From NCBI GenBank assembly GCA_037137535.1, contig JBAXKC010000011.1, positions 1-64,000 of the forward strand: 64,000 bases of DNA. Direction: 5' to 3'. The DNA is from a bacterium. GTDB lineage: Bacteria > Cyanobacteriota > Vampirovibrionia > Gastranaerophilales > JBAXKC01. A program made the translations under genes and the position numbers. Positions 20,506-30,626 of this stretch are shown here, piece by piece. Under the pieces are notes generated by a model, which did no database searches, had not been told where the DNA came from, and saw only the letters and a program-made list of their open reading frames with translations. How positions within the stretch are numbered: position 1 is the stretch's first letter; the number at the start of each line of letters is the position of its first letter.

Positions 20506-20531
20506 AACCGGCTTTATGCCGGTTTTTTTTT
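20506..20531 (+). terminator. Intrinsic terminator of fliC
   Basis: AACCGGC-TTTAT-GCCGGTT followed by a T run. Confidence 0.85.
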
Positions 20532-20703
20532 GCCTGAATTTAAGTAGGAAAATATTATATTGTTTTCTTTTAAATTGGAATGTAAATTTTATATTAATTA
20601 TTGTTAAGTTGCGTATTAAATTAAAAAAATTTAGTATAATAATAATTAATATAAATGTAATTTTATTTAGCTGCTGTCAGAAAAATTAAGAGGAAACTGT
20701 TTT

Positions 20704-21114
20704 ATGAGGATTTTAGTAATATTTATTGCTTTTTTAATTACTACCGGAACAGCTTTTTCATCGGTTAATCAGGAAATAACTGCTGATAATACTATTAAAC
20801 TACTATCTGAAGCAAGTCAATATACAAGAATTACAGGTAAAATTGTGTCTACAGATTTTGATAGTAAATCAAAAGTAGTCTTTTTAAACTTTGGAAATAA
20901 TTATAATACTTCATTAAGTGCTTTAATTTATCAAGATGCTCTTCATGATTTTGAAAATGCAGGAATTTTTGATCCAGCAGCTTTTTTCAAAAGAAAAGAT
21001 GTTGTTCTTGAAGGAATTATAAGGATTTCTAACGGAAAACCTGAAATAATAATAGACAGTCCTACTCAAATTAAAATTAAAAATAATGATATGGCCTATA
21101 CAAAAACAAAATGA
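20704..21114 (+). CDS. Exported protein, probable OB-fold
   Basis: Signal peptide; VFLNFG...GKPEIIIDSPTQI pattern resembles small OB-fold proteins. Confidence 0.6.
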   Translation: MRILVIFIAFLITTGTAFSSVNQEITADNTIKLLSEASQYTRITGKIVSTDFDSKSKVVFLNFGNNYNTSLSALIYQDALHDFENAGIFDPAAFFKRKDVVLEGIIRISNGKPEIIIDSPTQIKIKNNDMAYTKTK

Positions 21115-21908
21115 ATATATTAGAAAAAATAATTGCATATAAAAAAGAAGTAGTTGAAGAACAAAAAAAAGTTATTGGTCTTTCTTTAGACGAGCTTAAA
21201 GTTGAATGTGAGAAAAAGCCTCCGATTATAAGTTTTGAGCAACGTTTAAAAAGTAATTGTCAAAATAATAAAGTTTCTTTAATTGCTGAAGTTAAAAAGG
21301 CTTCGCCCTCGAAAGGTATTATAAGAGAGGATTTTAATCCTCTGGAAATTGCTTTGGATTATGAAAAAGCAGGAGCTGATGCGATTTCAGTTTTAACTGA
21401 CGAAAAGTTTTTTCAAGGAAGCATTGATTATCTTTTAGAAATAAAAAAATATATTAATATTCCTGTGTTAAGAAAAGATTTTATTGTAGATCCTTTTCAG
21501 GTCTATCATTCAAGGCTGCTGGGTGCAGATATGATATTACTTATTGTTTCGGCTCTTGAATCAAAAGAATTAAGAGAATTATATAAAATAGCAACTGATA
21601 TTGGACTTGAAGTTCTTGTTGAAACTCACGATAAGCAAGAATTTGATATAGCTTATGAACTTGGCGCAAAGATTATCGGCATAAATAACAGAAATCTTAA
21701 AACCTTTGAATTGTCATTAAATAATACAGTTGATATTATTAAAGATAGAGCTATTGAAAATAGATTTATTATTTCAGAATCAGGCATATTTACTAATGAA
21801 GACATTACATATTTACAAAACTATAAAGTTTCAGGTATATTAGTTGGCGAAAGTTTAATGAGACAGGATAATATTTATAATTCAGTAAAAAAACTAATGA
21901 ATAAATAA
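21111..21908 (+). CDS. trpC: Indole-3-glycerol phosphate synthase
   Basis: IAEVKKASPSKG, SVLTD, LRKDF, GINNRNL, SESGI, LVGESLM. Confidence 0.97.
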   Translation: MNILEKIIAYKKEVVEEQKKVIGLSLDELKVECEKKPPIISFEQRLKSNCQNNKVSLIAEVKKASPSKGIIREDFNPLEIALDYEKAGADAISVLTDEKFFQGSIDYLLEIKKYINIPVLRKDFIVDPFQVYHSRLLGADMILLIVSALESKELRELYKIATDIGLEVLVETHDKQEFDIAYELGAKIIGINNRNLKTFELSLNNTVDIIKDRAIENRFIISESGIFTNEDITYLQNYKVSGILVGESLMRQDNIYNSVKKLMNK

Positions 21909-21917
21909 TTAAAAATT

Positions 21918-22358
21918 ATGAGTGAACTTAATATTTCAGAAATAAATATAGATAATTTTAATCCCTTTGGTGCAACTGCGGAAGAATTACTTGCTCTTGC
22001 TCTTGATGAAGCAGGGTTGCTTTCTGAAGTGACTAAAATAAATGAAACCTCTGCGAAAGCTCTATGCAAATCTTTATTTGTAAAAAGAGATGCATATAAA
22101 GAATTAACTAAACTGGGAAATATTTTAATAAAAAAACATGTTATCACTGCTGCACAGCTCAATGAAGCACTGGAATATCAGCGTCAACATAATGAAAATA
22201 AACTAGGTAATACTTTGCTTGCGTTAAATATGTGTAAGATAGAAGAAATTGAGCGTTGTTTGGATATTCAAAATCAGATTCGTGATGATATAGAAAAATT
22301 GGATAATTTTCAGCATCGAGTATTAAATATAAAAAACAGGCTTAGAAAATATATTTAA
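21918..22358 (+). CDS. Small protein with tandem MshEN-like (c-di-GMP-binding) motifs
   Basis: KLGNILIKKHVITAAQLNEALEYQ and KLGNTLLALNMCKIEEIERCLDIQ resemble RLGxxLLxxGLIxxxxLxxxLxxQ. Confidence 0.65.
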   Translation: MSELNISEINIDNFNPFGATAEELLALALDEAGLLSEVTKINETSAKALCKSLFVKRDAYKELTKLGNILIKKHVITAAQLNEALEYQRQHNENKLGNTLLALNMCKIEEIERCLDIQNQIRDDIEKLDNFQHRVLNIKNRLRKYI

Positions 22359-22613
22359 GCTTTAGGTGTATTAAAATTGCTTTTTTTTTGCTCTTTTTTT
22401 TGCAGGTGGATATGCCATAAATGAGTTTAGTTGTAAATTAAAAGAATCTATCTTATGCAAAATAAATTGAGTGAAATCATTGTTTTTTCAGTTTTTCATT
22501 CAAAATATAAATAATTTAAATACATAAAAATTAAAATATTTTAGATTTAGCATTTAAAAATTTTCAAAAACAAACTATAATGATTTTATTGTTATTAGGT
22601 TTTAGGATCGAGA

Positions 22614-23291
22614 ATGGATACTTATTATACAGAACAGACCACTATTAACATTGATAGATATTTTAGTCTAAGACAAAAATTGACGATTAAAAGATCTTAT
22701 ATGGATGATGAAGAGTCATATACAACTTTTGTTACTGAAGTGGATAATAAAAGTTTTTATATTGAGTTGCCTCTGAAAAATGGACATATAGTTTCTTTAA
22801 AAGAGAAAAAAGAAATAGAAATATCTTCGATCTCTCCTGACGCTGTTTGGCGTGGAATGGCGCAAGTAAAAGAAGTGTCTAGTATAGGCGCCTGGGTTAA
22901 TTATCCTAAAGTATTAAAAAAAGTTCAATGTAGAGAATACAAACGTTGGGATTTAAGTTTACCAATTAAAGTTGCGATTTATTCCGATGAAACTTCTGAT
23001 TTGATTGAACAAACTATTTTGGCAAAAACAAAAGATATTTCTTGTGGCGGTCTTGCAACTTTGACAGCGGACGAAATCCCTAAAGATAAAGTTGCAAATC
23101 TGGTAATTGATGACCTGTTCTTCACTCTTGATTGTAAAGCTAAAATTGTTTATAGCCGTTTTGATATTTTATTAAATAGTTATGTAACGGGATATCAATT
23201 TATTAATCTTGATGATAAGACTATAAATAGAATTCATGGTATCGGGTTATTAAAACCGATTAAATTCAATGCTGCCGACTTTTTAAACTAA
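22614..23291 (+). CDS. PilZ-domain flagellar brake protein (YcgR/MotI-like)
   Basis: N-terminal YcgR-like region, REYKR (RxxxR) and DISCGG (DxSxxG). Confidence 0.85.
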   Translation: MDTYYTEQTTINIDRYFSLRQKLTIKRSYMDDEESYTTFVTEVDNKSFYIELPLKNGHIVSLKEKKEIEISSISPDAVWRGMAQVKEVSSIGAWVNYPKVLKKVQCREYKRWDLSLPIKVAIYSDETSDLIEQTILAKTKDISCGGLATLTADEIPKDKVANLVIDDLFFTLDCKAKIVYSRFDILLNSYVTGYQFINLDDKTINRIHGIGLLKPIKFNAADFLN

Positions 23292-23296
23292 TAAAA

Positions 23297-24487
23297 ATGA
23301 CGAAAACTTTTCATGTCAGAAAAATAAGCAAAACTGATCTCTTTAATACAATTAAAGAGGTTGGATTTGATAGTTCTTATATTAATAAAGCGATTAATAA
23401 ATATAAATTTAATCGTTATTTGATATGTGACTTAACTCCTCAACAGGCGACCATAATAAAGCAGACAGCCCTTTCTTTAGGGGCTGATTCTGCTGTGCAT
23501 AGAGAGGTTATAACTTGTAAGGTTGATAAAAGCAATGTTTTAATTGGTTGTACCGATACTCAACTTGAAAGAATAGCCGATAAACTTAAATTACAGCCGT
23601 TTAAATTAAAACAAGTTGCGGATGAACTCTTAACTGTCAAGAATAATCAATTAATTCCTTTAGTTGTTAGAAATAGGGTTTTTAATTGGTCTGCTAAAAC
23701 CTATATAATGGGTATTTTGAATGTAACTCCAGACTCTTTCTCTGATGGAGGAAAGTTCTTTGGACTAGAGGAGGCTTTAAAGCAAGCAGAATTAATGATT
23801 AACAGCGGGGTTGATATTATCGACATAGGCGGAGAGTCGACAAGACCTTTTTCAGAGGAAGTACCGCCTGATGAAGAATTAAAAAGAATTTTACCTGTCA
23901 TTAAAAAATTGAGAGAAAAATATCCTGAGATAATTATTAGCGTTGATACAAGACACTCTCATACAGCAATTGAATGTGTGCAAAATGGTGCAGATATAAT
24001 AAATGATGTGTCAGGCTTTGATAAAGACCCGCAAATGATGGAAACTGTTAAAAACTTAGACGTGCCGATTATTATAATGCATAGTCAAGGCTCACCTGAA
24101 ACTATGCAAAATAATCCCGAATATTCTGAAAATATTATTACTTCAATTTATAAAACACTTTCGGATAAAGTTAATAATGCTATTAGTTGCGGAATTAAGA
24201 AAGAAAATCTTATAATTGACCCAGGTGTTGGATTTGGTAAGACACAAGAGCATAATATTGAAATTATCAGACGAATAGAGGAATTTACTTCTCTCGGCTT
24301 ACCTATATTAGTTGGTATTTCGAGAAAATCTGTAATTGCTAATATATTAAATTCTCAGGATCGAGATGATGCAACAATCGCTTTAAACTCATATCTTGCT
24401 CAAAATGGTGCAAATATTATAAGAGTTCACAAGGTTCCTGCTCATAGCAAAGCTTTTAAGGTTTTAGATGTTGTTATAAAAAATTAG
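23297..24487 (+). CDS. folP: Dihydropteroate synthase with ~125-aa N-terminal extension
   Basis: MGILNVTPDSFSDGG, IGGESTRP, IDPGVGFGK, SRKS, IRVH. Confidence 0.93.
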   Translation: MTKTFHVRKISKTDLFNTIKEVGFDSSYINKAINKYKFNRYLICDLTPQQATIIKQTALSLGADSAVHREVITCKVDKSNVLIGCTDTQLERIADKLKLQPFKLKQVADELLTVKNNQLIPLVVRNRVFNWSAKTYIMGILNVTPDSFSDGGKFFGLEEALKQAELMINSGVDIIDIGGESTRPFSEEVPPDEELKRILPVIKKLREKYPEIIISVDTRHSHTAIECVQNGADIINDVSGFDKDPQMMETVKNLDVPIIIMHSQGSPETMQNNPEYSENIITSIYKTLSDKVNNAISCGIKKENLIIDPGVGFGKTQEHNIEIIRRIEEFTSLGLPILVGISRKSVIANILNSQDRDDATIALNSYLAQNGANIIRVHKVPAHSKAFKVLDVVIKN

Positions 24488-24565
24488 ATTAATATTATTT
24501 AAGCTGTTAACTTAATTTATTTTTGAACTTTAAAGCATGCATATAGAAAATCAGGTGTGTTGAAA

Positions 24566-25285
24566 ATGATAAATATAACAAATATAACAAATTTTTCGTT
24601 TAATCATATTAATCAGTTTGAAAAAATACAAAACTTTGATCATAAATTAATAAATAAAGATTTTAATATTAAAAGTGAGGAAGTTTCTCCTTCTCAATCA
24701 ATAGGAATCATAAGCTTTTTAGGGGAGAGAAAAGCTAGAAAAATATTAGAATCTGAAATTAAAACTCATTTTGCAGAAAATGGTCTTAATAATATAGAAG
24801 AAATTGAACCTCAAATAAAACTTTGGTTAAAACTAAAAGTTTCAAAAGAAAGATATAAGCACTCTCTAAGTGCTCAGAAAACTGCTCAGAAAATTGCTGC
24901 TTATGTTGGCTATGATGAAGCTAAAGCAGGACTTGCCGCATTGATTCATGACAATGCAAAAAAAATATCAGATGATGATTTGAAAAAAATTGTAAAAAAA
25001 GAAGATTTAGAAATTTATTCTGAAGAAAAAGAAAAGCCTGAAAGATTACATTCTCCTGTTGGTGCTTTTTTTGCAGAGTCTAAGCTTGGCATAACAGATA
25101 AAGACGTTTTAAATGCAATAAGATTTCACACGATAGGACGAAAAAATATGACCTTGATTGAAAAAATAGTCTTTTTAGCAGATAAAACCGAACCATATTT
25201 TAGAAAAGATGGATTAGATGATAAAGTTTTTGAAGTGCTGAAAAAAAACGGAGATATTGATAAGGCATTAGATTGTTTAAATTAG
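24566..25285 (+). CDS. HD-domain YqeK-like (Ap4A hydrolase family) protein with long N-terminal extension
   Basis: RYKHSL, IHDNAK, LHSPVG, AIRFHTIG, IVFLADKTEP; ATG 24566 after AGGTG. Confidence 0.8.
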   Translation: MINITNITNFSFNHINQFEKIQNFDHKLINKDFNIKSEEVSPSQSIGIISFLGERKARKILESEIKTHFAENGLNNIEEIEPQIKLWLKLKVSKERYKHSLSAQKTAQKIAAYVGYDEAKAGLAALIHDNAKKISDDDLKKIVKKEDLEIYSEEKEKPERLHSPVGAFFAESKLGITDKDVLNAIRFHTIGRKNMTLIEKIVFLADKTEPYFRKDGLDDKVFEVLKKNGDIDKALDCLN

Positions 25286-25388
25286 GTTATATTTCTAATA
25301 GCTATAACTATATTTTTTTAAAATATTGCCCTTATACGCAATTTTTTGAGTATAATTAACTTATATAAATAAAAAACAGGAAATTGTA

Positions 25389-26150
25389 ATGCTGGCAAAA
25401 AGAATTATCCCTTGCTTGGATGTAAAAGATGGTCAAACGGTTAAGGGTGTAAACTTTCAGAATTTAATATATGCAGGTGATCCTGTCAGTTTATCTAAAA
25501 AATATTCTGATGAGGGTGCGGATGAAATTGTATTTCTTGATATCACTGCAACTAATGAAGGAAGAAAAACGATAATTCATGTCGTAGAAGAAGTAGCAAA
25601 ACAGGTTTTTATTCCTCTAACTGTTGGTGGGGGGATTAAATCCATTGACGATATTAAAAATCTTTTGTTAGCAGGAGCGGATAAAATTTCTTTAAATACA
25701 GCCGCTGTACTTAATCCTGAACTTATTGAAAAAGCTTCGCAGGAATTTGGCTCACAATGCGTTGTTATTGCAATAGATGCCAAAAGAAATGATGATGACT
25801 GGTACGTTTATATAAATGCAGGTCATAAAAACACAGGTATTAAAGTCAGAGATTGGATGAAAACTGTTGAAAAGCTTGGAGCGGGCGAAATTCTTTTGAC
25901 TTCTATGGATGCTGACGGTACACAAAAAGGGTTTGATTTAGAATTAACCGCAATGGTTTCTCAAAATTCAAACTTGCCTGTTATTGCTTCAGGTGGAGCA
26001 GGTCCAAATCCTGAACATTTTAAAGATGTATTTACCGAAGGATATGCAGATGCAGCACTTGCGGCTTCGATTTTTCATTTTAATACATTACCTATAACAG
26101 ATTTAAAAAAATATCTAAACGAAGAAAAAATTCCAGTTAGATTAAAATAA
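25389..26150 (+). CDS. hisF: Imidazole glycerol phosphate synthase cyclase subunit
   Basis: [31 protein letters not shown]. Confidence 0.97.
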   Translation: MLAKRIIPCLDVKDGQTVKGVNFQNLIYAGDPVSLSKKYSDEGADEIVFLDITATNEGRKTIIHVVEEVAKQVFIPLTVGGGIKSIDDIKNLLLAGADKISLNTAAVLNPELIEKASQEFGSQCVVIAIDAKRNDDDWYVYINAGHKNTGIKVRDWMKTVEKLGAGEILLTSMDADGTQKGFDLELTAMVSQNSNLPVIASGGAGPNPEHFKDVFTEGYADAALAASIFHFNTLPITDLKKYLNEEKIPVRLK

Positions 26151-26181
26151 AAAATTTACGGCACATATTTTATCAGGGAAA

Positions 26182-27414
26182 ATGAAAATGATAATACCAA
26201 GTATAGATATAATGGATGGCAAAGCAGTTCAATTAAAACAAGGCAAAGAAAAAGTTCTTGAGCGTGAAAACGTATTAGAACTTGCGGAATATTTCGGAAG
26301 ATTTGGAGAAATAGCAGTTATTGACCTTGATGCTGCTTTAGGAAAAGGCGATAATACTGAATTAATTCAAAAGATTTGTAAAATTGCCGATTGTAGAGTC
26401 GGTGGCGGAATTAGAACTGTTGAAAAAGCTAAACAGCTTATTGCAGCAGGAGCTAAAAAAATAATAATCGGAACAGCCGCATCTGAAGAGTTTTTATCAC
26501 AACTTCCAAAAGAAAGATTACTTGTTGCTATTGATGCAAATAAAGGTAAAGTGGTTACAGAAGGTTGGACTAACGAAACAGCAAACACTCCCGAAGATTT
26601 AGTAAGAAGATTTGATGATCTTTGTGCGGGTTATCTTTATACAATAGTTGAAAAAGAAGGAATGATGGGCGGAACAGACATTGAGTCCATTAAAAAAATT
26701 CGTTCAATTACAAAAAAAGAACTTATTGCCGCTGGTGGAATTAGTTCAGTTGAAGAAATTGTGGAACTTGATAAAATAAACGTTTCAAGTCAACTTGGAA
26801 TGGGCATATATACTGGAGCTATCAGCTTAACAGAGGCTTATGTTTCAATTTTGGATTTTGAAAAAGGTAATGGGCTTATCCCGACTATTGTTCAAGATGT
26901 AAAAACTAAACAGGTATTAATGCTTGCTTATTGTAATAAAGAAGCATTAACTAAGTCTTTAGAAACAGGAAAAGCAACTTATTTTTCGCGTTCAAGAAAT
27001 AATCTATGGACAAAAGGCGAAACTTCGGGCAATACTCAAAAGCTTCTAACTGCTAGATATGATTGTGATAGAGATTCATTATTATATATGGTTGAACAGC
27101 AAGGTCCTGCTTGTCATACAGGTGAATATTCATGTTTCGGCTCAAAAGATTTTAGCCTGAATGAGCTTTACGATGTTCTTAAAGAAAGGTTTGACAATCT
27201 TCCTGAAAATTCCTTCACAACAAAATTATTTAAAAACGAGCATTTCTTAAAAAGAAAAATCAATGAAGAAACTTATGAAGTAATAACTGCTGTTGATTCT
27301 ACTGAATTAGGCTGGGAAGTTGCTGATTTAAGTTATTTTGTATTGTGTTTAATGGTTAAAAACGGTTTGACCGTTCAAGAAGTGCTAAATAACCTTGCTT
27401 CAAGAAGAAAGTAG
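26182..27414 (+). CDS. hisAIE: HisA-HisI-HisE fusion (ProFAR isomerase / PR-AMP cyclohydrolase / PR-ATP pyrophosphatase)
   Basis: N-terminal IPSIDIMDGKAVQL...VGGGIR barrel; FSRSRNNLWTKGETSG, DCDRD, GPACHTGEYSCF; KINEE...EVADLSY. Confidence 0.9.
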   Translation: MKMIIPSIDIMDGKAVQLKQGKEKVLERENVLELAEYFGRFGEIAVIDLDAALGKGDNTELIQKICKIADCRVGGGIRTVEKAKQLIAAGAKKIIIGTAASEEFLSQLPKERLLVAIDANKGKVVTEGWTNETANTPEDLVRRFDDLCAGYLYTIVEKEGMMGGTDIESIKKIRSITKKELIAAGGISSVEEIVELDKINVSSQLGMGIYTGAISLTEAYVSILDFEKGNGLIPTIVQDVKTKQVLMLAYCNKEALTKSLETGKATYFSRSRNNLWTKGETSGNTQKLLTARYDCDRDSLLYMVEQQGPACHTGEYSCFGSKDFSLNELYDVLKERFDNLPENSFTTKLFKNEHFLKRKINEETYEVITAVDSTELGWEVADLSYFVLCLMVKNGLTVQEVLNNLASRRK

Positions 27415-27420
27415 AGTTTA

Positions 27421-28671
27421 ATGATGAAAGTTATTAAGCATAACGAATTAACCGAAGAATTTTTTCAATATAAAGAATTTTCAGGTGTTGAGTCAGTATC
27501 TGAAATAATTAAAGATATTAAACTTAACGGCGATAATAGAGTAAAAGAATATAGTGCAAAATTCGGTGATGGAAAACTGGAACAGTTTGAATTAACAGCA
27601 GAAGAAATTGCTTCAGCAATGGCGCAAGTTCCTCAAACTGTTATTGATGCTTTAAAAACAGCAATAGAAAATGTAAAAACCTTCGCTCAAGCGCAGTTAG
27701 AATGTATAAAACCTCTAAAAACAGAAATAAACGGAACTGAATTAGGGCATAAAATAATTCCACTACAAACCATTGGGGCTTATGTTCCGGGTGGAAATTA
27801 TCCATTACCTTCATCAGCAATAATGAATACCGTTCCTGCAAAAGTGGCAGGGGTTAAACAAGTTATAGTCTGTTCTCCGAGAATAAAACCTGTAACTGTT
27901 GCGGCATGTGTTTTATCGGGTGTTGATAAAATTTTTAAAATTGGCGGAGTTCAGGCTGTTGCCGCTATGGCTTACGGAACCGAGTCAATTCCTAAAGTTG
28001 ATAAAATTGTCGGCCCGGGGAATAAATATGTAACAGCTGCAAAAAAAGAAGTTTATGGAGTTTGTGGCATAGATTTTCTTGCCGGACCAAGTGAAGTTAT
28101 GATAATTGCTGATGATACTGCAAACGCAGAATTTATCGCAGCGGATATGCTTGCACAGGCAGAGCATGATACAGAAGCTGAAGCTTATCTTCTTACCACA
28201 AGTGCTGAACTTGTAGAAAAAGTTCAAATTCATTTGGAAGAATTTTTAAAAACATTAAAAACAGCTGATATTGCAAGAGTTTCAATTGATAAAAGTTATA
28301 TAATTCTTGTAGATAGTATAGAACAGGCAATAGAAATTTCTAATAAAAAAGCACCCGAACATTTGGAAATTTGCTTTAAAGATGCTTATAATAAAGTAAA
28401 TGAGTTTACAAATTATGGGTCATTATTTATTGGAAATTATTCAGCAGAAGTATTTGGCGATTATTGCAGCGGAACAAATCACGTTCTTCCAACTAATGGT
28501 GTTGCTAGATATTCAGGTGGTTTAAGCGTTTTTGATTTTATTAAAATTCAAACTTATCAACAACTTACTGAAAATTCAGCAAAGAAGAATATTGCCCCTG
28601 TTGCCTCTAAAATTGCAGAAATAGAAGGATTATTCGCTCATAAATTATCTGCTGATTTGAGAATGAAATAG
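27421..28671 (+). CDS. hisD: Histidinol dehydrogenase
   Basis: YVPGG, IVGPGNKYV, AGPSE, AQAEH, APEHL, GDYCSGTNHVLPT. Confidence 0.97.
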   Translation: MMKVIKHNELTEEFFQYKEFSGVESVSEIIKDIKLNGDNRVKEYSAKFGDGKLEQFELTAEEIASAMAQVPQTVIDALKTAIENVKTFAQAQLECIKPLKTEINGTELGHKIIPLQTIGAYVPGGNYPLPSSAIMNTVPAKVAGVKQVIVCSPRIKPVTVAACVLSGVDKIFKIGGVQAVAAMAYGTESIPKVDKIVGPGNKYVTAAKKEVYGVCGIDFLAGPSEVMIIADDTANAEFIAADMLAQAEHDTEAEAYLLTTSAELVEKVQIHLEEFLKTLKTADIARVSIDKSYIILVDSIEQAIEISNKKAPEHLEICFKDAYNKVNEFTNYGSLFIGNYSAEVFGDYCSGTNHVLPTNGVARYSGGLSVFDFIKIQTYQQLTENSAKKNIAPVASKIAEIEGLFAHKLSADLRMK

Positions 28672-28732
28672 TTTATATAAAAATTTATCCACAAGTTTAA
28701 ACAAGAGTCTTTATTTATTGAGGAGATACAAA

Positions 28733-29599
28733 GTGGAATATAATAGAACACATAAATTACCCGAAGGTGTTGGAAAAAAAATTGTTGAAGCATTAAAGAA
28801 GCAAACTAATTCTTTTGATGAACAATTTGACAATGTTATTGATTCTAATCATTCTTCTTATAAAGAAGTTTTTCCTACAACTGCTAATTTTGAAGCAGGT
28901 TATGTTTCAACAGCTTATGATGAGAATGAAACCTATCAAACTGAGGAAGAGTGGGAAACTGATTCTGAATTTGAAGACTATGAAGAAGTTGAAACTGAAA
29001 ATGATGAATATATATACACAACTTCAAATGATAGCAATTTTGACACCAATAGCTTAGAACCTGAGTATGATGAATTTTGTTTAAATGACGAGGAATCGGT
29101 TCAGGAAGAATATGTTCCACAAGATACATATAGATACAATAAGCCTCTTCTTAAAAGAAAAGAAAGAGAAATTTATACTGCTCCAAAAGAGGAAATTCAT
29201 TATCAACAACCACAATTTAAAGCACATCCATCTGCTCAAAAAAAGCAAAGACCGCATTCAGTTGAAAGCGAAAAGTCCAAAATGCCTGCTAATAATATAG
29301 AAACTTTAACAAGACTTGTAAATCAATTACCTGCTGGTGTTACCAGACAAACAGGCGCACAAATTATAAGGCAGACAATGGAGGCAATGGGCATTTCCAT
29401 GAATAAAGTTCTTGGTGAAGCTCAACACTCTCAAGATGAATATACTCAAAGAATAAAAGAACATATTAATTCAATTGAGGAGTATAAAAACAATATCAGA
29501 CAACTTGAAAAAGATGTTCAAAAAAATAAAAAACGTGTTGATGAACTCGAAGATATTATAAGTTTATTTATTCTTACTGAAAAAGAAAGAAGAAAATAA
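28733..29599 (+). CDS. Hypothetical protein with acidic disordered centre and C-terminal coiled coil
   Basis: ORF 28718..29599; GTG at 28733 follows GAGGAG RBS. Confidence 0.75.
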   Translation: MEYNRTHKLPEGVGKKIVEALKKQTNSFDEQFDNVIDSNHSSYKEVFPTTANFEAGYVSTAYDENETYQTEEEWETDSEFEDYEEVETENDEYIYTTSNDSNFDTNSLEPEYDEFCLNDEESVQEEYVPQDTYRYNKPLLKRKEREIYTAPKEEIHYQQPQFKAHPSAQKKQRPHSVESEKSKMPANNIETLTRLVNQLPAGVTRQTGAQIIRQTMEAMGISMNKVLGEAQHSQDEYTQRIKEHINSIEEYKNNIRQLEKDVQKNKKRVDELEDIISLFILTEKERRK

Positions 29600-29612
29600 A
29601 TTTATAGATTTA

Positions 29613-29664
29613 AATATAATAAAGCAGGGAGATTATTATTTTAATCTCCCTGCTTTATTATATT
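29613..29664. terminator. Bidirectional terminator
   Basis: AATATAATAAAGCAGGGAGATT / AATCTCCCTGCTTTATTATATT. Confidence 0.8.
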
Positions 29665-29682
29665 AGTAGTTTTATTGAACTT

Positions 29683-30576
29683 TTATCCTATTTTTATTGC
29701 TTGTTTTGCACCTTTAGCAACAAGTTCTTTTATTTTCTGACTACCCGTGACAAATTCAATACCCGCAGTAAGAGCACAAGAACCAGTTACTAAACCACTT
29801 GAAATTATAGTTGGTGCATTGGCAGATGTTATACCTGCTAGAAAAACGGCTCCTGAAGTTAAAAATCCTATAAAATGCCTACCCGCTTTTCCTATATAAC
29901 TGGATCCTTCTAGAAATGCAGGTGTGTTCTTGGCCATAGGCGTATTTAAGAGTTTTTGAACAGGTTCGGCATTAACAACTTTTTTAACTGCATTTGAAAC
30001 AGCATTATTATTTATAGTTGCTTTTGCAACTTCTGTCGAATGATGAGTGGTGTTTAAACCATAGGCGACTATATTAAAGGTTTTTAAAGCTGCTTCAACA
30101 GGATTATTTCCTGCTACTGCAATATTTTCAACAAGATTTACTGCATATCTTGCTACTTTTGCCCCATGATCAAGTGGTGTTAATATTGCAGGCATTTCTC
30201 TTTTTGTCGTTGCTACCATATTTTTTATCATAGGTATATTTTTTCCTATCGCCGTATTTTCAATCTTATCAGCTAACGCATTTTTGATTGGAGCTATTTC
30301 TTTTGTTGAACTTACTAAATAAGATAATGTTTTAATAACTGGACTTATTGGACCTAAAGGACTTGTTGAAAGATCAGCAATTGCTTCCATCGCAATCCTA
30401 GGTACATTTAATCCATGTTTTACTCCTTTTAAAGGTGTTTCAATTTTTTCAAAAGTATCAGCTATAATTCCCGGAATATTTACAGAACCTAAAGTGCTTG
30501 CAGGGTTAATATTTTGTACGTTAGTTGATCTAATAGTATTAGAATTAGGTAAATTAAAATTAAAATTTATTCCCAT
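29683..30576 (-). CDS. Orphan protein with Asn-rich leader and hydrophobic C-terminal hairpin
   Basis: 297-aa ORF; no family recognised. Confidence 0.75.
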   Translation of the reverse strand: MGINFNFNLPNSNTIRSTNVQNINPASTLGSVNIPGIIADTFEKIETPLKGVKHGLNVPRIAMEAIADLSTSPLGPISPVIKTLSYLVSSTKEIAPIKNALADKIENTAIGKNIPMIKNMVATTKREMPAILTPLDHGAKVARYAVNLVENIAVAGNNPVEAALKTFNIVAYGLNTTHHSTEVAKATINNNAVSNAVKKVVNAEPVQKLLNTPMAKNTPAFLEGSSYIGKAGRHFIGFLTSGAVFLAGITSANAPTIISSGLVTGSCALTAGIEFVTGSQKIKELVAKGAKQAIKIG

Positions 30577-30626
30577 GACAACCCCACACTTTTTATATTA
30601 CTTCTGTAATAATATAAAAACAAACC

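Noticed and set aside
28685-28693. Perfect DnaA box TTATCCACA (another lies inside fliC at 19852-19860)
   Set aside because: Isolated boxes are expected by chance in 64 kb of AT-rich DNA; no cluster or oriC context
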